Shown: positions 49,336 to 63,126 of the stretch, one piece after another
How positions within the stretch are numbered: position 1 is the stretch's first letter
How the letters are laid out: each line of letters begins with the position of its first letter
Origin: Lingula anatina
Taxonomy: Eukaryota; Animalia; Brachiopoda
DNA: 64,000 nucleotides
Direction: 5' to 3'
Assembly: GCA_051362555.1 (NCBI GenBank)
Contig: CM120640.1
Span: 71,216,788 to 71,280,787, forward strand
The notes under the pieces: model-generated
What the model saw: the letters and a program-made list of their open reading frames with translations, nothing else
What the model was told of the DNA's origin: nothing
The model's database searches: none
Program-made: the position numbers and the translations under genes

Positions 49336-52300
49336 TTATTTTTTCTTTCTTTTACTTCTTGTTTGCATTTCGACATCTTCGGCTGCTCTTTTGACTCTAG
49401 CCAACAATTCGTTCATGTCAGGTTTCTCCTCTTTGTCTTCCACCATTCCTGGCGACTTTCTACTTCTTGTCACCCTAGGATTGCAATTAGGACTTCCCCC
49501 TCTCCCTGCGACTTTCCGCACCCTGTTTTCCGTATCTTCCATTGTCAGTCTTTTGGAAACATTTTGCTCTCTATTTGACCTCGACTGTTTGTTTACCCTT
49601 CTTCCTGAGCCAATTTCTGACAGTGTTTGTCGCTTTCCTTTGAAAGAAGTATTGTAACTTCTCTTGTCGCCATTGTTTGGGGAAAAATCAGAAGTTTTTG
49701 TGCCCCCCTCCTCGTCTTCCGATAACGTCATTTCCTGGCTCTGTGGAAGGCCAGATGATGGGTTCTGCAGAATGGCGTAGAACGCAGGCGGATGTTGCGT
49801 GATTAGGCTTAAATCTGTCAAACTGCTATTCTCTTTCGCTTCTATGCATTCTTCTTTACTTTTTCCCTTATTTTTATTAAGATTCCTTGCAGGTGATGGG
49901 CTTATCTTCACCGAGGGCATCACTTCTTGCATGCTATTTATTTAATTGAACATCATATGAGAATCAATAGAATTTAATTCATGAATATTGGAATTTCATT
50001 CACAAACCAGAGGGAGTTTTTGCAGTTCGGAAGACAAGTAACGGCAAATTATTCTGCATCTGCTGTACAGACTGGGGACTTTAGTGCAACCTTAGGAATT
50101 AATAAGGACATTTAATAAAAGCAGCCGCAGAAAATGTTATAAAACTAAAAGTTTCATATTAACTATACGGAAAAATATAATGTCCAGTTTTGAGTGCCAT
50201 CATTAGAAATTAGTAATACCTTGCCGTTCTTCCCGTCTCCATGATGACCATTTCGTCATCGTCGCTATGGTAACCCACGAGGTATGTATTCTCACAGCAG
50301 TCAGTGGACGACACTACCTCCACCGCCCCCACGTCAGGGATTTGTTCTGAAACAGGTGACAGTACCTTTTACATAAACGGGCATTCCAAACTTTTAAAAC
50401 AAACTTCTGAAATTTCGATTGAAAAAAACAATTCTTTCATGCACACAATAAATTTTATTTTGTGTTTTATTTATAAAAAAAAGCTGTCCTGTCCACAACA
50501 GCCTCTCACCAAAGTGTTGCAGAGAGAAAGGATCTCCGAAGTCAGAGCTGGAGGAGGAGGCGGACGCCGGGTACTGGTCGCTGTATTCCGGGAACGGAAA
50601 CGGCCACAGCTCATCCCTAGAAAGAGTTATGTGTGTTAATACAGAGAAAAATACAAGAACACGACTGAAGAATGAAGAAATAAGATATTTTAAAAGCAAG
50701 GTAAAATGTCCACAAAGTTTTATCTTCTTTAGTGCATTAATATGGAGTGCAGGTATGCAGAAAGTTATCGGCTAGAATAACACATTTCTTTGAAAGTTAA
50801 CCGTCATATCGCATAGCAGAACATATGAGTCAGAAGTTTTTGTGCCCCCCTCCTCGTAAGACCCTACTTGCCTTTCTGCACGTGAACCGCCCGTGATGGC
50901 CCTGTAGTTGTGATCACCTATACCGTCTGCTGCCGCGCTGGCTGCTGCCACCTGTGGGACGGTAGAGGGCGCTGCTGTGCCTGGTGAGTTTGATGGTGTC
51001 TGGTATGACAGCCCGCTTGTAGTAGTCCCGTGAGCTTGTGTTATAATAAGGCCGCCACTGGATATTGAGTTACCTTAGTACATGATGGGAAAAATATTAA
51101 TAAGGTGTGATATATTTATTTAATTGTGTCTAGTTATATAAATAAGAAGGAAAATTTTGAGCTCAGTTGGTGTGGACGTTTTAAATTAATATTATCTCGA
51201 CGATACCTTGGCGGCAAAATAGTACTTCATAGTAATTCTGATAGTAATAGGCTTGGCACCGTAGAATAAAGCATCACTATGTCTACAAGTTGTTACACGG
51301 CAACTATTCCATAGTCACTCAAATACCCAGTAGAGGCAGAAACCCTCAAAACTAAATCAGATCACTTCTGCAGGACACAAGGATCAGAAATAGCACATGA
51401 CCTGAGGAAATCCATGAACAAGTCTCGCCACCAGTACCATGTACCAATACAGACATGATGGTGGTGTTGCCAGTATTACCTGTAGTGCCCGCTGAACGTA
51501 TAGAAATAGACGGCGGCCTTCCTTTGAAGGTCGGGATGGTCCCTGGTAGCACGGTCACGGTAGCCACGCCCCGTGTGTCACCGCTAGCTTGGGGGACCCC
51601 CGGGGTCAGGCGGACGCCACACCTTGGCTCCTGCTTGATGGGCGACAGAAAAGTGTACTGTAGTGGAACTGTTGGCGCTTGAAAGAGAAAAAAATTGTCG
51701 TGTTACAGGCACCAGGCAAATGAGGATATATACATGTATAATGTCCGCACGGTCTATTTCCAAACTGACTGTACAAACTAGAAAAATGGCGGCATTTTCT
51801 CGTCGAAAAATAACGTCATGACGCCATATTGGTGTCTGCTTAGTAGTGCTTAACCTTGACTCGACAGAAAACTTAAAGGATGTAAATATACATGAATATC
51901 TTATCATTTTTTTATTATTTTTATTTTTGTTAATGTATCTACTTAACTTTTTATTCATTTGTAAATTAATGTTTTGCATCCACTAAATTCAACTGCTACA
52001 ATCAATATTTGACGAAAAAGTAAGAAAAAGAAAAAGTATATATACCGGTTTTGTCAAGTCTCGGTCGAATAGGTAACGGTGTGGAGACGCCGTACCTGGT
52101 GCCGCTGTGCCCCAGAGATTGTACCCAGCCTCCACTGGGGTACATACTGGGGAGAAATGTCGGCCTCTTGCTCGGCACGGGACGGTAGATCCAGTCTGGA
52201 GAGAGATTAGACATTCCTGAGCATTAAAGCTCTAATCTGCACAATCGATCATTTGTAAATATAAAATGTAAAAAAAAAATCCTTGATAATATTAAAAGTG

Positions 52301-54260
52301 TCTTTTAAAGAATAAAGAATATTTAAAGGCACACGTGTATGAATTCATATATTATCCAACGCGTCTATATGTTATGATGTTTATGTACTGTATACTCCAC
52401 ATGTATATCGTATACTGTATGAGAAATTATGCAGTAAGCGCGTTCAGATGTACAGCGTTTTAATGAACGGTAAAGAGGATATTAGAATGGAAGCCACAAA
52501 ATTAATCATTATTAATTTAAGGAAAAATTCAGTTAACTAGAGTATTTCGCAACAGCAATTCGCCTCTGTGCCTTACAAAAATTTATGCGATAGAGCGACA
52601 CAGTAAAACCCACTTCGTCCCCCCCTCACCTACCAGGATAATCGTTTTTGTGTTTCTTCTTGATTTGCTCCGACTCGTCATAGTAAGGTTTCTTCTGGTC
52701 ATTGTCCATCTCATTCCATATCTCCCCGAGACGGACGCTGATCTCCGCGTTACTGGCGTGTGGGTGTCTGGCAGACAGGAACGGCCGGTATTTCCGCGCC
52801 CAGACCATGAAGGCGTTCATTGGGCGTTTGACGTGGCCGTGTTTGTTCAAGTTATTGGCCCCTGGGGTACGGTACTCAGAATCTGTACCTAGTTAGATAT
52901 AATTGCCATTGTGTTATTATCCCAAAGAAAATTTGTTGAAACAATTTTGTATTAAAAAATCATTTAATCATTTATCATTTATTCAGTAACGTCCACACTT
53001 ATGTGCACAGAATTCAATAATTGGGGGTATTCTGAAACACAGAAACAGATGGTAATAAGTAAAGGTAACGGCAATTAAGGTATACCCTACTTTACCTGGG
53101 ACATTGTGTGGAGCTGGCTCCGACTTTACCGAAGTTGAACTGGAGTTGACGGGACGACTTGGACCGATGATGAACTGAGGCCTTGAGACGTTTGTGTTCC
53201 CAAGTCCGGATTGCGGCATGCGTAGAGTTAACGTCTGTTGTGGGACCGGCAGTTTGACTTGATTGTTAGTAACATTAGTCTGCTTTGCTGAGGCATGTGC
53301 AGATAGTTTTATTCCTGACTCGTGCTGTGTTGCAGCACCTACCACTACTGTCTTTTGGGTTGGCTGTGCTTCTGTATTTAGGGGCAACTTATCAGAGTTT
53401 ATAGAAGTTGACTTACACACCAAATGCTTAGTACCATCTGCCGAGACTGGACTGTCTTTACCCTGAACAGTCTCAGCAGGGATTGAGAGTTTGGTGGTCA
53501 CCGTCTTCTGACCATTGCGTCCCACTGTAATCAATGGTTTGCTGGATTCCTCTTTGGCTGAGCTTGGAGTTGCACAGGTTGTACCTATTGCTCTCTTGAT
53601 GATTGCAGCTGCACTTGACACCTTCTGGGAACCAGCTGCAGGTGTGCCGTGAACAGTGGTTGAGCTCGAAGCACTTACTCCATCCGCTTCCAGTGGACGT
53701 GTATTTCCAGCAGAAATGTTACCCACTTTTCTTGACGCTAAAGTTGTATTTGCCACATTTTGTGTGTACCGCCCCGATGCTGAATTTGATGTTGCCACCG
53801 ATGAAGTGGTTTTTGCGACGGCAGCTGTATTCGCTACGTGGGTTGCCGTTGAAGCTGTAGTTATTACAGTAAATAGCGTTTTGATTGTGTTCTTCGCACC
53901 ATCTTTTATAATGAAGACAGATTTTTTATCGCCCGACTGCTTTTGATCATTTTGGTTTACAATAAGCAATTTTCCTTTGATATTTTCCTGGTATTTAACA
54001 GTTTTTGTGGGACAGGAAACTTTTTCATTAGTTTCTTCAATTTTACTTGAATGATCCGTAGCGTTGTTGCTTTCCTTTTTCTTTTTGATGACGAGTTTCC
54101 CACAGTCGTCAGTTTCTTGTTCGGCCTTTCCGGCAGTTTGCTCATAGACTGCAGACATTTTGTTGTTCTCAGTTCTAACATCTGTCTTCGAGTTCGAGCC
54201 CGCTTCGCTGTCAGTTTTTGGTGACTTACATAAGTTATCAATTGTATCTTCAAGCTTCAT
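49336..54260 (-). CDS. SOX30: SoxH / Sox30-type HMG-box transcription factor (~930 aa, ~8 exons)
   Basis: Exons 54260-53096, 52888-52634, 52195-52046, 51677-51480, 51073-50872, 50616-50510, 50346-50220, 49933-49336 (2802 nt in frame; the 3' joins are less certain). The HMG box [20 protein letters not shown]...[19 protein letters not shown]...QKKPYYDE...IKKKH...YPDWIYRP carries the Sox30/SoxH-type features [16 protein letters not shown] and P.W.Y.P. Confidence 0.88.
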
Positions 54261-54356
54261 AGCGACGAACTGGTTAATTTCTCTGAATGACTCAAACGAA
54301 AAAAAAAATGTTTTTCGGGAAACACGTATAACTAAGGCGACAACGTAAACAATCGA

Positions 54357-54424
54357 TGACGTATAAAAGACGTCTCCGAATTCGTACCTCTCACGTTGTG
54401 CTGCGTCACGTTTTGACGTTACGT
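54357..54424. promoter_or_regulatory. Cluster of CRE/ACGT-core motifs upstream of SoxH
   Basis: TGACGTA (54357), TGCGTCAC (54402) and TGACGTTACGT (54414) lie 100-170 bp upstream of the ATG. Confidence 0.35.
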
Positions 54425-56566
54425 ATCATTGTGTCGTAACGTTGTGACGAACGTTGTACAGTTCTTGTACAGTCAAAGGACACAGGATACCTTCATTTTG
54501 CTATCGGAAGGTGTCCATAGACTACGTGTAATGTAATTAAACTTTAAGCTATACAGATTGACCTGTATCTAAGGACAAAGTTATTTATTTATTTATATAT
54601 TTTTCAATATTTGGATGCAATTTTTATTTTATATTTGATTCAAGTCAATTGAAAATTGGGGGAAGTAATCAAAAATCGATCAGAATGAGATATTTTCCGT
54701 GCTAATTATTGCCACTCTGTACAATGCAGGGGGGGAGGGAACAGGAGGGGGTCTTCACACCCATTCATTTCCACTTTGGCTTCTTCTCCCCCCCCCCCCT
54801 TTTTTTGTAACCACACCGATAGAAGCTAAAACAATATCACTACCCTCTCCCCTTCTCCCCTGATAAATTGCAGCTAGCGGAAAAAAGGTGGAATGTATGA
54901 TTGCAGTTGTTGAGATTTATATATCTCAACAGATCTATTGGGTGTAGTCACAGGTGAAACTAAACACTGCAATGCTCATCTCGGGGGAAATTAAAATGCT
55001 CTACTATCCTCTATTATTTGTGGGACTGAAAACGGAAATGAAACTATAAATACTTTTTCTGTAGTCAAACCTTCGCTACAGGTGGAGCCCCCTTAGCATT
55101 GTAGAATGTCATATGAATTGTTAAATTGGATTTGATATTTGAAATAAAAAATACAAGGAAAGTAAACTCGTTTAACTAAGACGCCAATTTATTTATATAT
55201 TTGTTTATTCTCTTAGCTGTACAGTCAAGATCATAGATAGTTATTTCCTAATGCATCTGTTTGACCTCTAGGTTATTGATAGATCTGAAGATTAAAGTAG
55301 CTGAAATAGTATATAGAAAAAAAAAAAAAAAACGCAGACTGTCTGATTTTGGGGGAACACCCTGTACCATGCAGTGAACCTGATATAAGGCTCCCATAGC
55401 AACATCCCATTATGTGTTTTATCTGTTCACTCCCCAGTGTCTGCCTTACGTGGTAAACACCCGGAAACTCTGCCAGTACTTTAATTCCTTGGAAAATCTA
55501 TATTTTCGTAATGTGTGTTATTACGTTGTCAAGTATTGATCATTGGATATGTGATAAGGCAATGCATGAGTTAAGACCCTGAATCTTCCATTTAGCCCCA
55601 TCTACAGTACTTCTAACAATTTCTGACACTTGTGGAGCAGTTATTCGACTGATGTGTCTGAGTCTTGGGGTTTGATGGTGCTATGGGCATTTGTAGCCCT
55701 TATGGCGTCGATTTAATCTGGAGAAAGATGGGACCAGCTTAAGACCCCGAACTACATACCCTGTACTGCCGGAAGTTTCTCTATGTTTGATCGCACCAAT
55801 CCGATATCTGCCCTACCAGGATGTGAAAATACATTACGTATATTTACTAAAACACACCAACTGCTTTTAAAACAAACAATAAACATAGTTGTAGGCTACC
55901 AATGATGGGCACGTTTGATAAAGACCGGAAGTGAATGGGGACACTGATTTCAAATCATCATTATTTGAGCTATTGAAATGGACTGAGCTGGATGAGCTTT
56001 TTTAATCTCCATATTTAAACGTTTTTATTTTTTTCAATAGGTGTTGAAGACATCAGTCGTGCCACGCTTCCCGTTTTGGTTCTTAGATTATCATGGCCTC
56101 TTCCTGTCTTCTGCGGTCGTGCTTCAGTCTGACGTAATGCATTGATTTAACTGGAACTGTTCTAAACCAGACTCCATTTTCTAATTATCAAAAATATTTT
56201 AACACTCAGCAATGTATTCAGAGGGCGGTAATAACAGCCACTTTGAAAGCGATAATATCAGATTTTCCGTCACGACACGAGGCAGGCAGAACCGTCATGA
56301 CAGAAATAGCTTAATTCAAGGAAAACGCGTTTCCGTGTAAAACATTTTAGATGACGCATTTATATATTTCTGCATAAGACCCGATGAAGTCTTTAGGGTT
56401 GCTGGCGCTACTTGCTTTACTGAAATCCATCCTTTGAAAACGCGCTTAGATATTGTAGAATTAGTATTTAAATTAACAGATTTATAAACAAATGTGTTAC
56501 CACTTTGGTAGTTTGGATAACCGCATATTTCTTTCCTTTCCTTTTTTCGTTTTTATTAATCTATTT

Positions 56567-56570
<4 letters not shown>

Positions 56571-56609
<39 letters not shown>
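56571..56609. repeat. (AG)n microsatellite
   Basis: Direct read of the sequence. Confidence 0.95.
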
Positions 56610-56610
<1 letters not shown>

Positions 56611-59412
56611 GGCATATGAAATGCTATGAAGGTGTCTCTGCACCCAACTGAGTATCTAAGTTCAATAATCAACATGTGTTAAGTCAATGTTTGAGCAACA
56701 AATTGACTTTTATCTTTTATGTACCTGTCTGTTGAACTGAGAAAAAAAGCATAAAACAAAGTGTATTTATATTGTAATATACCTCCTGGATTCGCCGACA
56801 TGCGTGAGGCAAAAATCAATGCACTTGTTGAGTCTGCAATGCACCGCGCCAATGTATGGCGCAGATAGACGTAATGTACGAGTACTGATCTAAACACGCC
56901 ATTTGTTATCATTATTATTTGATAGGTTTTACTGCTCATGCGAATACCGAGATAATATTGTATTTTGCCATTCATATATCCTCCAGCTTGATGCAGTGGA
57001 ATAACCGGGATATAGAGAAGATAGAGGGCTGATTTGCAACCCCAAAAATAAACAAACATATTAATTAAGTAACAAATAACTGTTCTTCCATTGTGGAACG
57101 CTCTGTGGGCCTGACAACCCCCTTCGATGCCCTACTGTCGCCATTAAAATATCTGTATTTCTGATAAATAATTCTTCAGCTTAAGTTCAATATTTCATAA
57201 ATGGAAATCATTTCTTGTCTTACAAAGATTTTGAATCATTTGATGTCTATGACTCTTTTTTTAAACTTTGAAGACACCAGAGATTTGATGTTCATAAAGG
57301 TACTTATGAGTTAAAGGGCACATCTAAAGGATTTTTTTGTTTTCTTCAACCTAATTTTTTGTGTAAAACCCTTATTAGAAAATGCCATTGTGAATTATAG
57401 GCAATTCTCTGCTAAAATGTCTTTTTTTGCCAACCGTTCGTTTGATTAGAGCAAAGTAATGAAGAATTTGAAACCATGCTCTTTATAAAACATGAAGTAT
57501 ATCTGCAGAAGTATATCTGTTAAGTTAATTCACAACATGATGGACTGATAATTACTAAATATTAAAAATGTTTATCACGAAACATTCCAAGATCGGTATG
57601 TTGGTTTACTCTCTCAGGAAACATTGAACTGACAGATGTGCATGAATTAGAAACAGAAAGTGAAGCATCCAACATATTCAAATATATACACCAGATTATA
57701 AAATTAGAATTAATTGTCTGTGCACCATTAAATAGAGGTTGACAAAGGCGATCAAATCTTTAACATTGTCATACCAAAACCATCTATAATAACAGGAAAA
57801 CATATTAGCTGATCTTTTAAGGGAATAATGTGCGGATGTGAGGGCGTCAGGCTGCTTAGAAAACCGAGGCTAGCTGCCGCGAACGGCCTCCTAGCTGCTG
57901 TATCCATTAGCCTGGTTGAGAACAGGAGCGCGGTCTATCGATCAGTCCTGCTTTCTGTGGCAGTAAACTCAGCCAGAAAGGCCAGTCAGACACTGAAACA
58001 ATGCCTTGTGACACTGCCGCCGCCGCGGTGACTCATTCTACTTTCTAATGATGCGTCGGTGGAGGGTTGGATTTCACAGCCAGCACGATGAACGCCGACT
58101 TTAAACTACAGATGCTGGGTTAGTCCACGAAAACACGTCGTCGACTCGGAGACAGGACACAGTGCTGTCATGGCTTAATGGAAAACAGCAATTCTGTCGG
58201 AGATACATGCGTATGCTGATCAAATGAAGGTAGACGTGTTTTTTATTGATTTTTACGGTTATTTATATAGCTTGCTCTGATATAACCTCGATCCTCTTAT
58301 TGTGCCATATGTATTTTATGTATAAAACATGTGTAGTGTTCGTCCCCGAGTCTTATACAGGCAGAACAGTGGATCATATATTGGCACGGGGCACCTGCTA
58401 CGCCGTGACTGAGTACATGATATATGAACACCACTTGTATGAACGTTGTTGTCATTTTCCCACCTGTAGCACACAGAGATGGGACACTGACCTTAACAAA
58501 TGATTCGCGTTAACAAAATATCTAGGAAAAAATTAACAACCATATTTTTACAATTGACACCAGCTGGGGACGGGGTCGGGTGCCCTAGCAACTCGCCTGG
58601 GACCAGGTTTCTTCGGAAACGCGCATTATGAATGGTTATACACGGTGAATTCAGGCATAATTAGACGTGGATTTGGCATCTTTTATCAAATAGACATTTC
58701 ATATGAATTAGACTTCAGGAGAAAGACGCGGAATATTAATGCCCAAATAACGACGTTGATAATGACATATGGTAAAGACACATTTATCAGTTATCTTTTC
58801 AAACCGGGCTGTGATCGGTTCGTAGTTCAATACACAGCAGGGCCATAATAAAGACATAAAGGCGCACTATTTTCTTGTAGAAATATATATGGATAAATTC
58901 CCCGTCCTTATGACGGCATTTATACCATACTGTTGAAGTCACGTTTTTGGCATTACGTACTTCATTCTCTTCGCCATCCACAATGCCTGCTTTACGAGTA
59001 ATTCGGTCTGTATGTAATGAACGTTAAATATTTAAGTCACTTTCATATCAATAACTTTAACCTCAATAAATTCATCTGTTTTAGTTTTGATGGCATATAA
59101 AATTCGACATTTCTATAACAAGGTAAGTTGTTTGAAGCAGGACTGTGTATATTTGTGTACAAAATTAACCCGAGCGTCTTGGAAATTACGTCTTGTCCAA
59201 CGGCGGCAGAACCCACTGTTCAATCAGTTTCTCGGCATGTGGGTGGGCTGTCCAATAATACCATACAGGAAATCACAGAGAGCCGCTCAGTAATTAGTTC
59301 TTGATAATTAAAAATGGTGGAAGGCGTCCAATATGCTTTTGATTGATTCAATTATCAACTCTTTCTGACGTTCAGCTGTACGTAAGAGTTACTGTACCCC
59401 GGATTTCACATA

Positions 59413-59670
59413 GGCTTCATTCACATGCAATGTCTATTTTCTAAATTCTATTTTCTATTCGCGGTATGTCTTATGATCACGGTCTGTGCCCTGAATATCC
59501 CGCGGCGTAATTACTGGCAGCGCGAGCCAGTTACTATAAGTTACTATAAGTAACTGGCTCGCGCTGCCAGTAATTACGCGGCGGGATATTCAGGGCACAG
59601 ACCGTGATCATAAGATAGCGCGAATAGAAAATAGATTTTTAGAAAATAGACATTCCATGTGAACGAAGCC
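59413..59670. mobile_element. Fully palindromic 258-bp MITE, copy 2 (inverted relative to copy 1)
   Basis: Reverse complement of 25533-25790 with about 3 substitutions seen by eye. Confidence 0.9.
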
Positions 59671-61545
59671 CTAGACATTTCATTTCTTCCATGGTTTTGG
59701 CGATCTCAAGCATACTGGTGTGAACATATCGCTAAATCGTCACTTCAGTTTATTCCACCTGATCAGTTAAGTTAAAGAGTGAACCCCATGGTACCCAGGG
59801 TACGACTAACGTGCCATGGTGAGAGATAAACACCTATACGTCTAGAAATATTAGTTCATTAGTCCAAGCCCATCGCCATTATAAGACCAGCAGGGAAGTC
59901 GTAATAATAGACTGGAATGGCAAATAGAGGTAAAATGTTGGGGGCTGAAATGAAGTGATAGATTTGAATGGTATTGGATTATAGCGTATATTTAAACCCC
60001 AGGTTGTCAGATCTCGCCTCCACTCGAAGTATCCGCCTAGAGAGTTCAGCAGCAATCATTATCATTTTGACAAGTAAAGTAACGAGAACAACAACAACAA
60101 CAAAACTAAAGAAAATAAATAATAAATAAAGGCAAGCGAGAGGGAGAGAGAGATAGTCTCTACTTTAATCGAGAAATGACGCAAGATGATCCAAAAGTGG
60201 TCGCAGTGCAAAGCTGCCTACAAAACAAAATGTCAAATGTTCAACTGGTATTGGACTCAAATTAAAATGTATGTAATGGGTCACTGGGGACCATTAAGTA
60301 TTTTATTGGTAGCTTCCGTGTTTTAAACAACATGGCCAATTTTCATATTTGCATGAAATGAACAATGATGGTTGCTGTTCTATGCACTGTACAATACAGG
60401 AAATCTCTCGCCAGAATTTCACCGACAACTGTTTGAAAAATGAAGGAACCATTAGTAATCCTTTTGCATTTGGAATGGATTTATCCTATTGCATGGTCTC
60501 TCTTAAAATGAGTAGTGGAGAATACCTGAGTAGATTTCTGAATGAACATCTAATTCCATTACCTTCACACTGCAGCTGGCACAAGGTGAAGATAATAAAA
60601 GGCGATAATGACGTGAACAGCGTTCAAATACCAAACTGTCAAAAAGAGAAAGGTTTCTTGGAAAGTATGTCGAGCTTTGGAACTTGGTTAAGACTTTCAT
60701 ATCACATAGCGTCCGGTGTCTCATGGGGGCTGGCTCTCGGCGTGTTTTAGGATGACCTTGCTTGCAATGAGCCGCCTACCTCACATGATGGACGCCTGCT
60801 GCGGCCTCTTTCTTGGGAATTCATACCTGTATTATTATTCTGATCACGCATGTTGAAGGCAGAGCTTTAAAGAAAGTGACGATTTGATAAAATCAAAAAT
60901 GGAATTTATGCTCGTGAATTAATGAATTATTTCAGTATAATCTACGCTTCGTTTGTATTAAAGCTACAACATTCTATATACTTGAAGTATGGGCTGCAGT
61001 TCCATTTGAAATGGGAATTATGGGCTTGTTAACTTACAGTAGCATTAGAGTCTTCCATATAATACAAGGATCCATCTTATTGGTTGATGTTATTGTAGTT
61101 TTTGTCTTATTATTATTTTTTTTTTTGTTTGTTTGTTTTATTGCATTTTAAGAAAGCGATACTGGAGGTTTGCTATACTATGAACTGTTGCTTTAAGTGC
61201 CATATAGCATGTAAGGCCGAACATTAACAAAGTAATTTTGCTGAGATCGACCTTTCACCAGACTAATTGAAGCATTCTGGTGTTTAACGATCAACAGTTA
61301 TTTTTCATAAAGAAAATTCTTGTTTGGCGGTACCTTGGGAGATGGAAAACCGTCATCAAAGGCAAGGGACCAGTAAAGACACGTGCCACACGCCAAGTAG
61401 CAGAAATCAGATGTATTTGAAAGTACCATGAATAAGAAACACGTAATGTTCTATGAAGGTTGATCAGCATGCGTTTGTATGTACTATTCGACGAGGAGTT
61501 ATCTTGGCACTGACAACCTCATTAACACTACCTACGATTCCCAAT

Positions 61546-61548
<3 letters not shown>

Positions 61549-61587
<39 letters not shown>

Positions 61588-61625
61588 TAATATACAAAAA
61601 TCTGTGTAAAACTGTAATGTGTCAC

Positions 61626-61662
<37 letters not shown>
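61549..61662. repeat. (TG)n and (GA)n microsatellites
   Basis: (TG)n at 61549-61580 and (GA)n at 61630-61662. Confidence 0.9.
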
Positions 61663-61664
<2 letters not shown>

Positions 61665-63126
61665 TTTCGTGCAGGCAATAAACATCTCCGATGATCTGAA
61701 TTCGGAATTTGCATGCCACAATTCATTATGATTTCCAGGTCAATAAATGTCGTTTGAATTATGACTGCGTACATTGCCGTTCTGCGTTTAAATGGGTAAC
61801 ATTGATTCTAGACAGTTCTGGGGGTGTGGCCACGTGGTTTTTAGAAGGTATACTTCACCACTCAACTGCAGAGAAAAAAAGGTCTTTCTTTATTGGAATT
61901 CAATAGTGCCATATTCCAATCCAAAGTTTATTTTGTAAATCTATTTGTCGGGATCACATATACACATACAATTGTTCACAGAGAATGCAGTCCTCATATG
62001 GTATATTTATATTTGTAGAAGTGTATGTATGTGAAACCTGTGTGCGCCAGTGGGCGTGCGCTTGTTTGAATCAACATGTATGTGTGTGCAGTACATGTAC
62101 ATTATTATAATTAGATGTATCATACATTCAAGGGAGACGATCACTGTAGATGGTAGGCGGCAATATCACCATAGAGTTCGTGAAGTTGAATTTCTTGCGG
62201 TTTGTAGATATAGGTATCCTCTTTCCTGGAAAGTCAATTAGAAAATGTGATGTGATCCATTCAGTTTGATGTTGAGGATATTCATGTGAAGTTTATATAG
62301 CCTATTTTGATAAAGTTAATGTACAACTGAAAAACTAGCACACAATCAAAGACGAACACGTTTTATTTGCCTTAGAAACAACCCAGCACATTGAAGAAAG
62401 TGATTATGGAAATAAGGTTTTGTACATTGAAATGTATGAAATCTAATTATTTCTATGAAATTGTCAAATTGGATAAAAAAATCCGAAAACAAAAAATAAA
62501 AGCACTATAATAAATCAATGCTTGGGTTCACGGGGTTTTATCAATAGATACATTATGGATATGGTGTAAGAGGACAGATGTGCAGATCCCAGATTGAGTT
62601 GGTACTTTGCATGATGTCTGGAGTCGCAAGACACTGACGTTGTTGGCACTTGTTGCCATTGATTGCCAACGCCGCACAGGGAGATGATCTGCCGTCTTCT
62701 TCTAGGCGGAATTCTATCTTTATATGATGGGAGGATGCAAGGTAAATGCCTTCCAGTGGGCCCGGAGAGGACGGTTGTTGGGAACAGGGTTATGCGCTTG
62801 CCATGTGTTTCGCAGAGTCATTCATCAAAGCTTTAGTCCTACAAGCGAGCTTCCTATCTTTCCCACGGATATTCACACACGCACTAGCTCGCGCACGCAC
62901 GTGCGCCACACAGCAAGCGTTTTTCTGCTATGTGTGAAATGCACACTCTGTTTACTGCGGTTGAAACAACTGAAATCCCTGATCCAACTGACGCCCCCCA
63001 CCCCCTTCGTACGCTACGAAATTCAGATGTGTTTGGCACAATAAAAATAAGCAAATGAACTTCAAACTTTACTGAATCGTCAATAATACTCATCAATTTC
63101 TATTGAATGAGATTCCTGATATTTGA

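Noticed and set aside
50008-50078. Additional SoxH exon ([15 protein letters not shown]...)
   Set aside because: It is 71 nt and its exit phase does not match the 49933 acceptor. It may be an alternative terminal exon but cannot be supported from sequence alone.
60349-60750. 133-aa plus-strand ORF
   Set aside because: It has a non-ATG start, no recognisable motif and no convincing exon partners.
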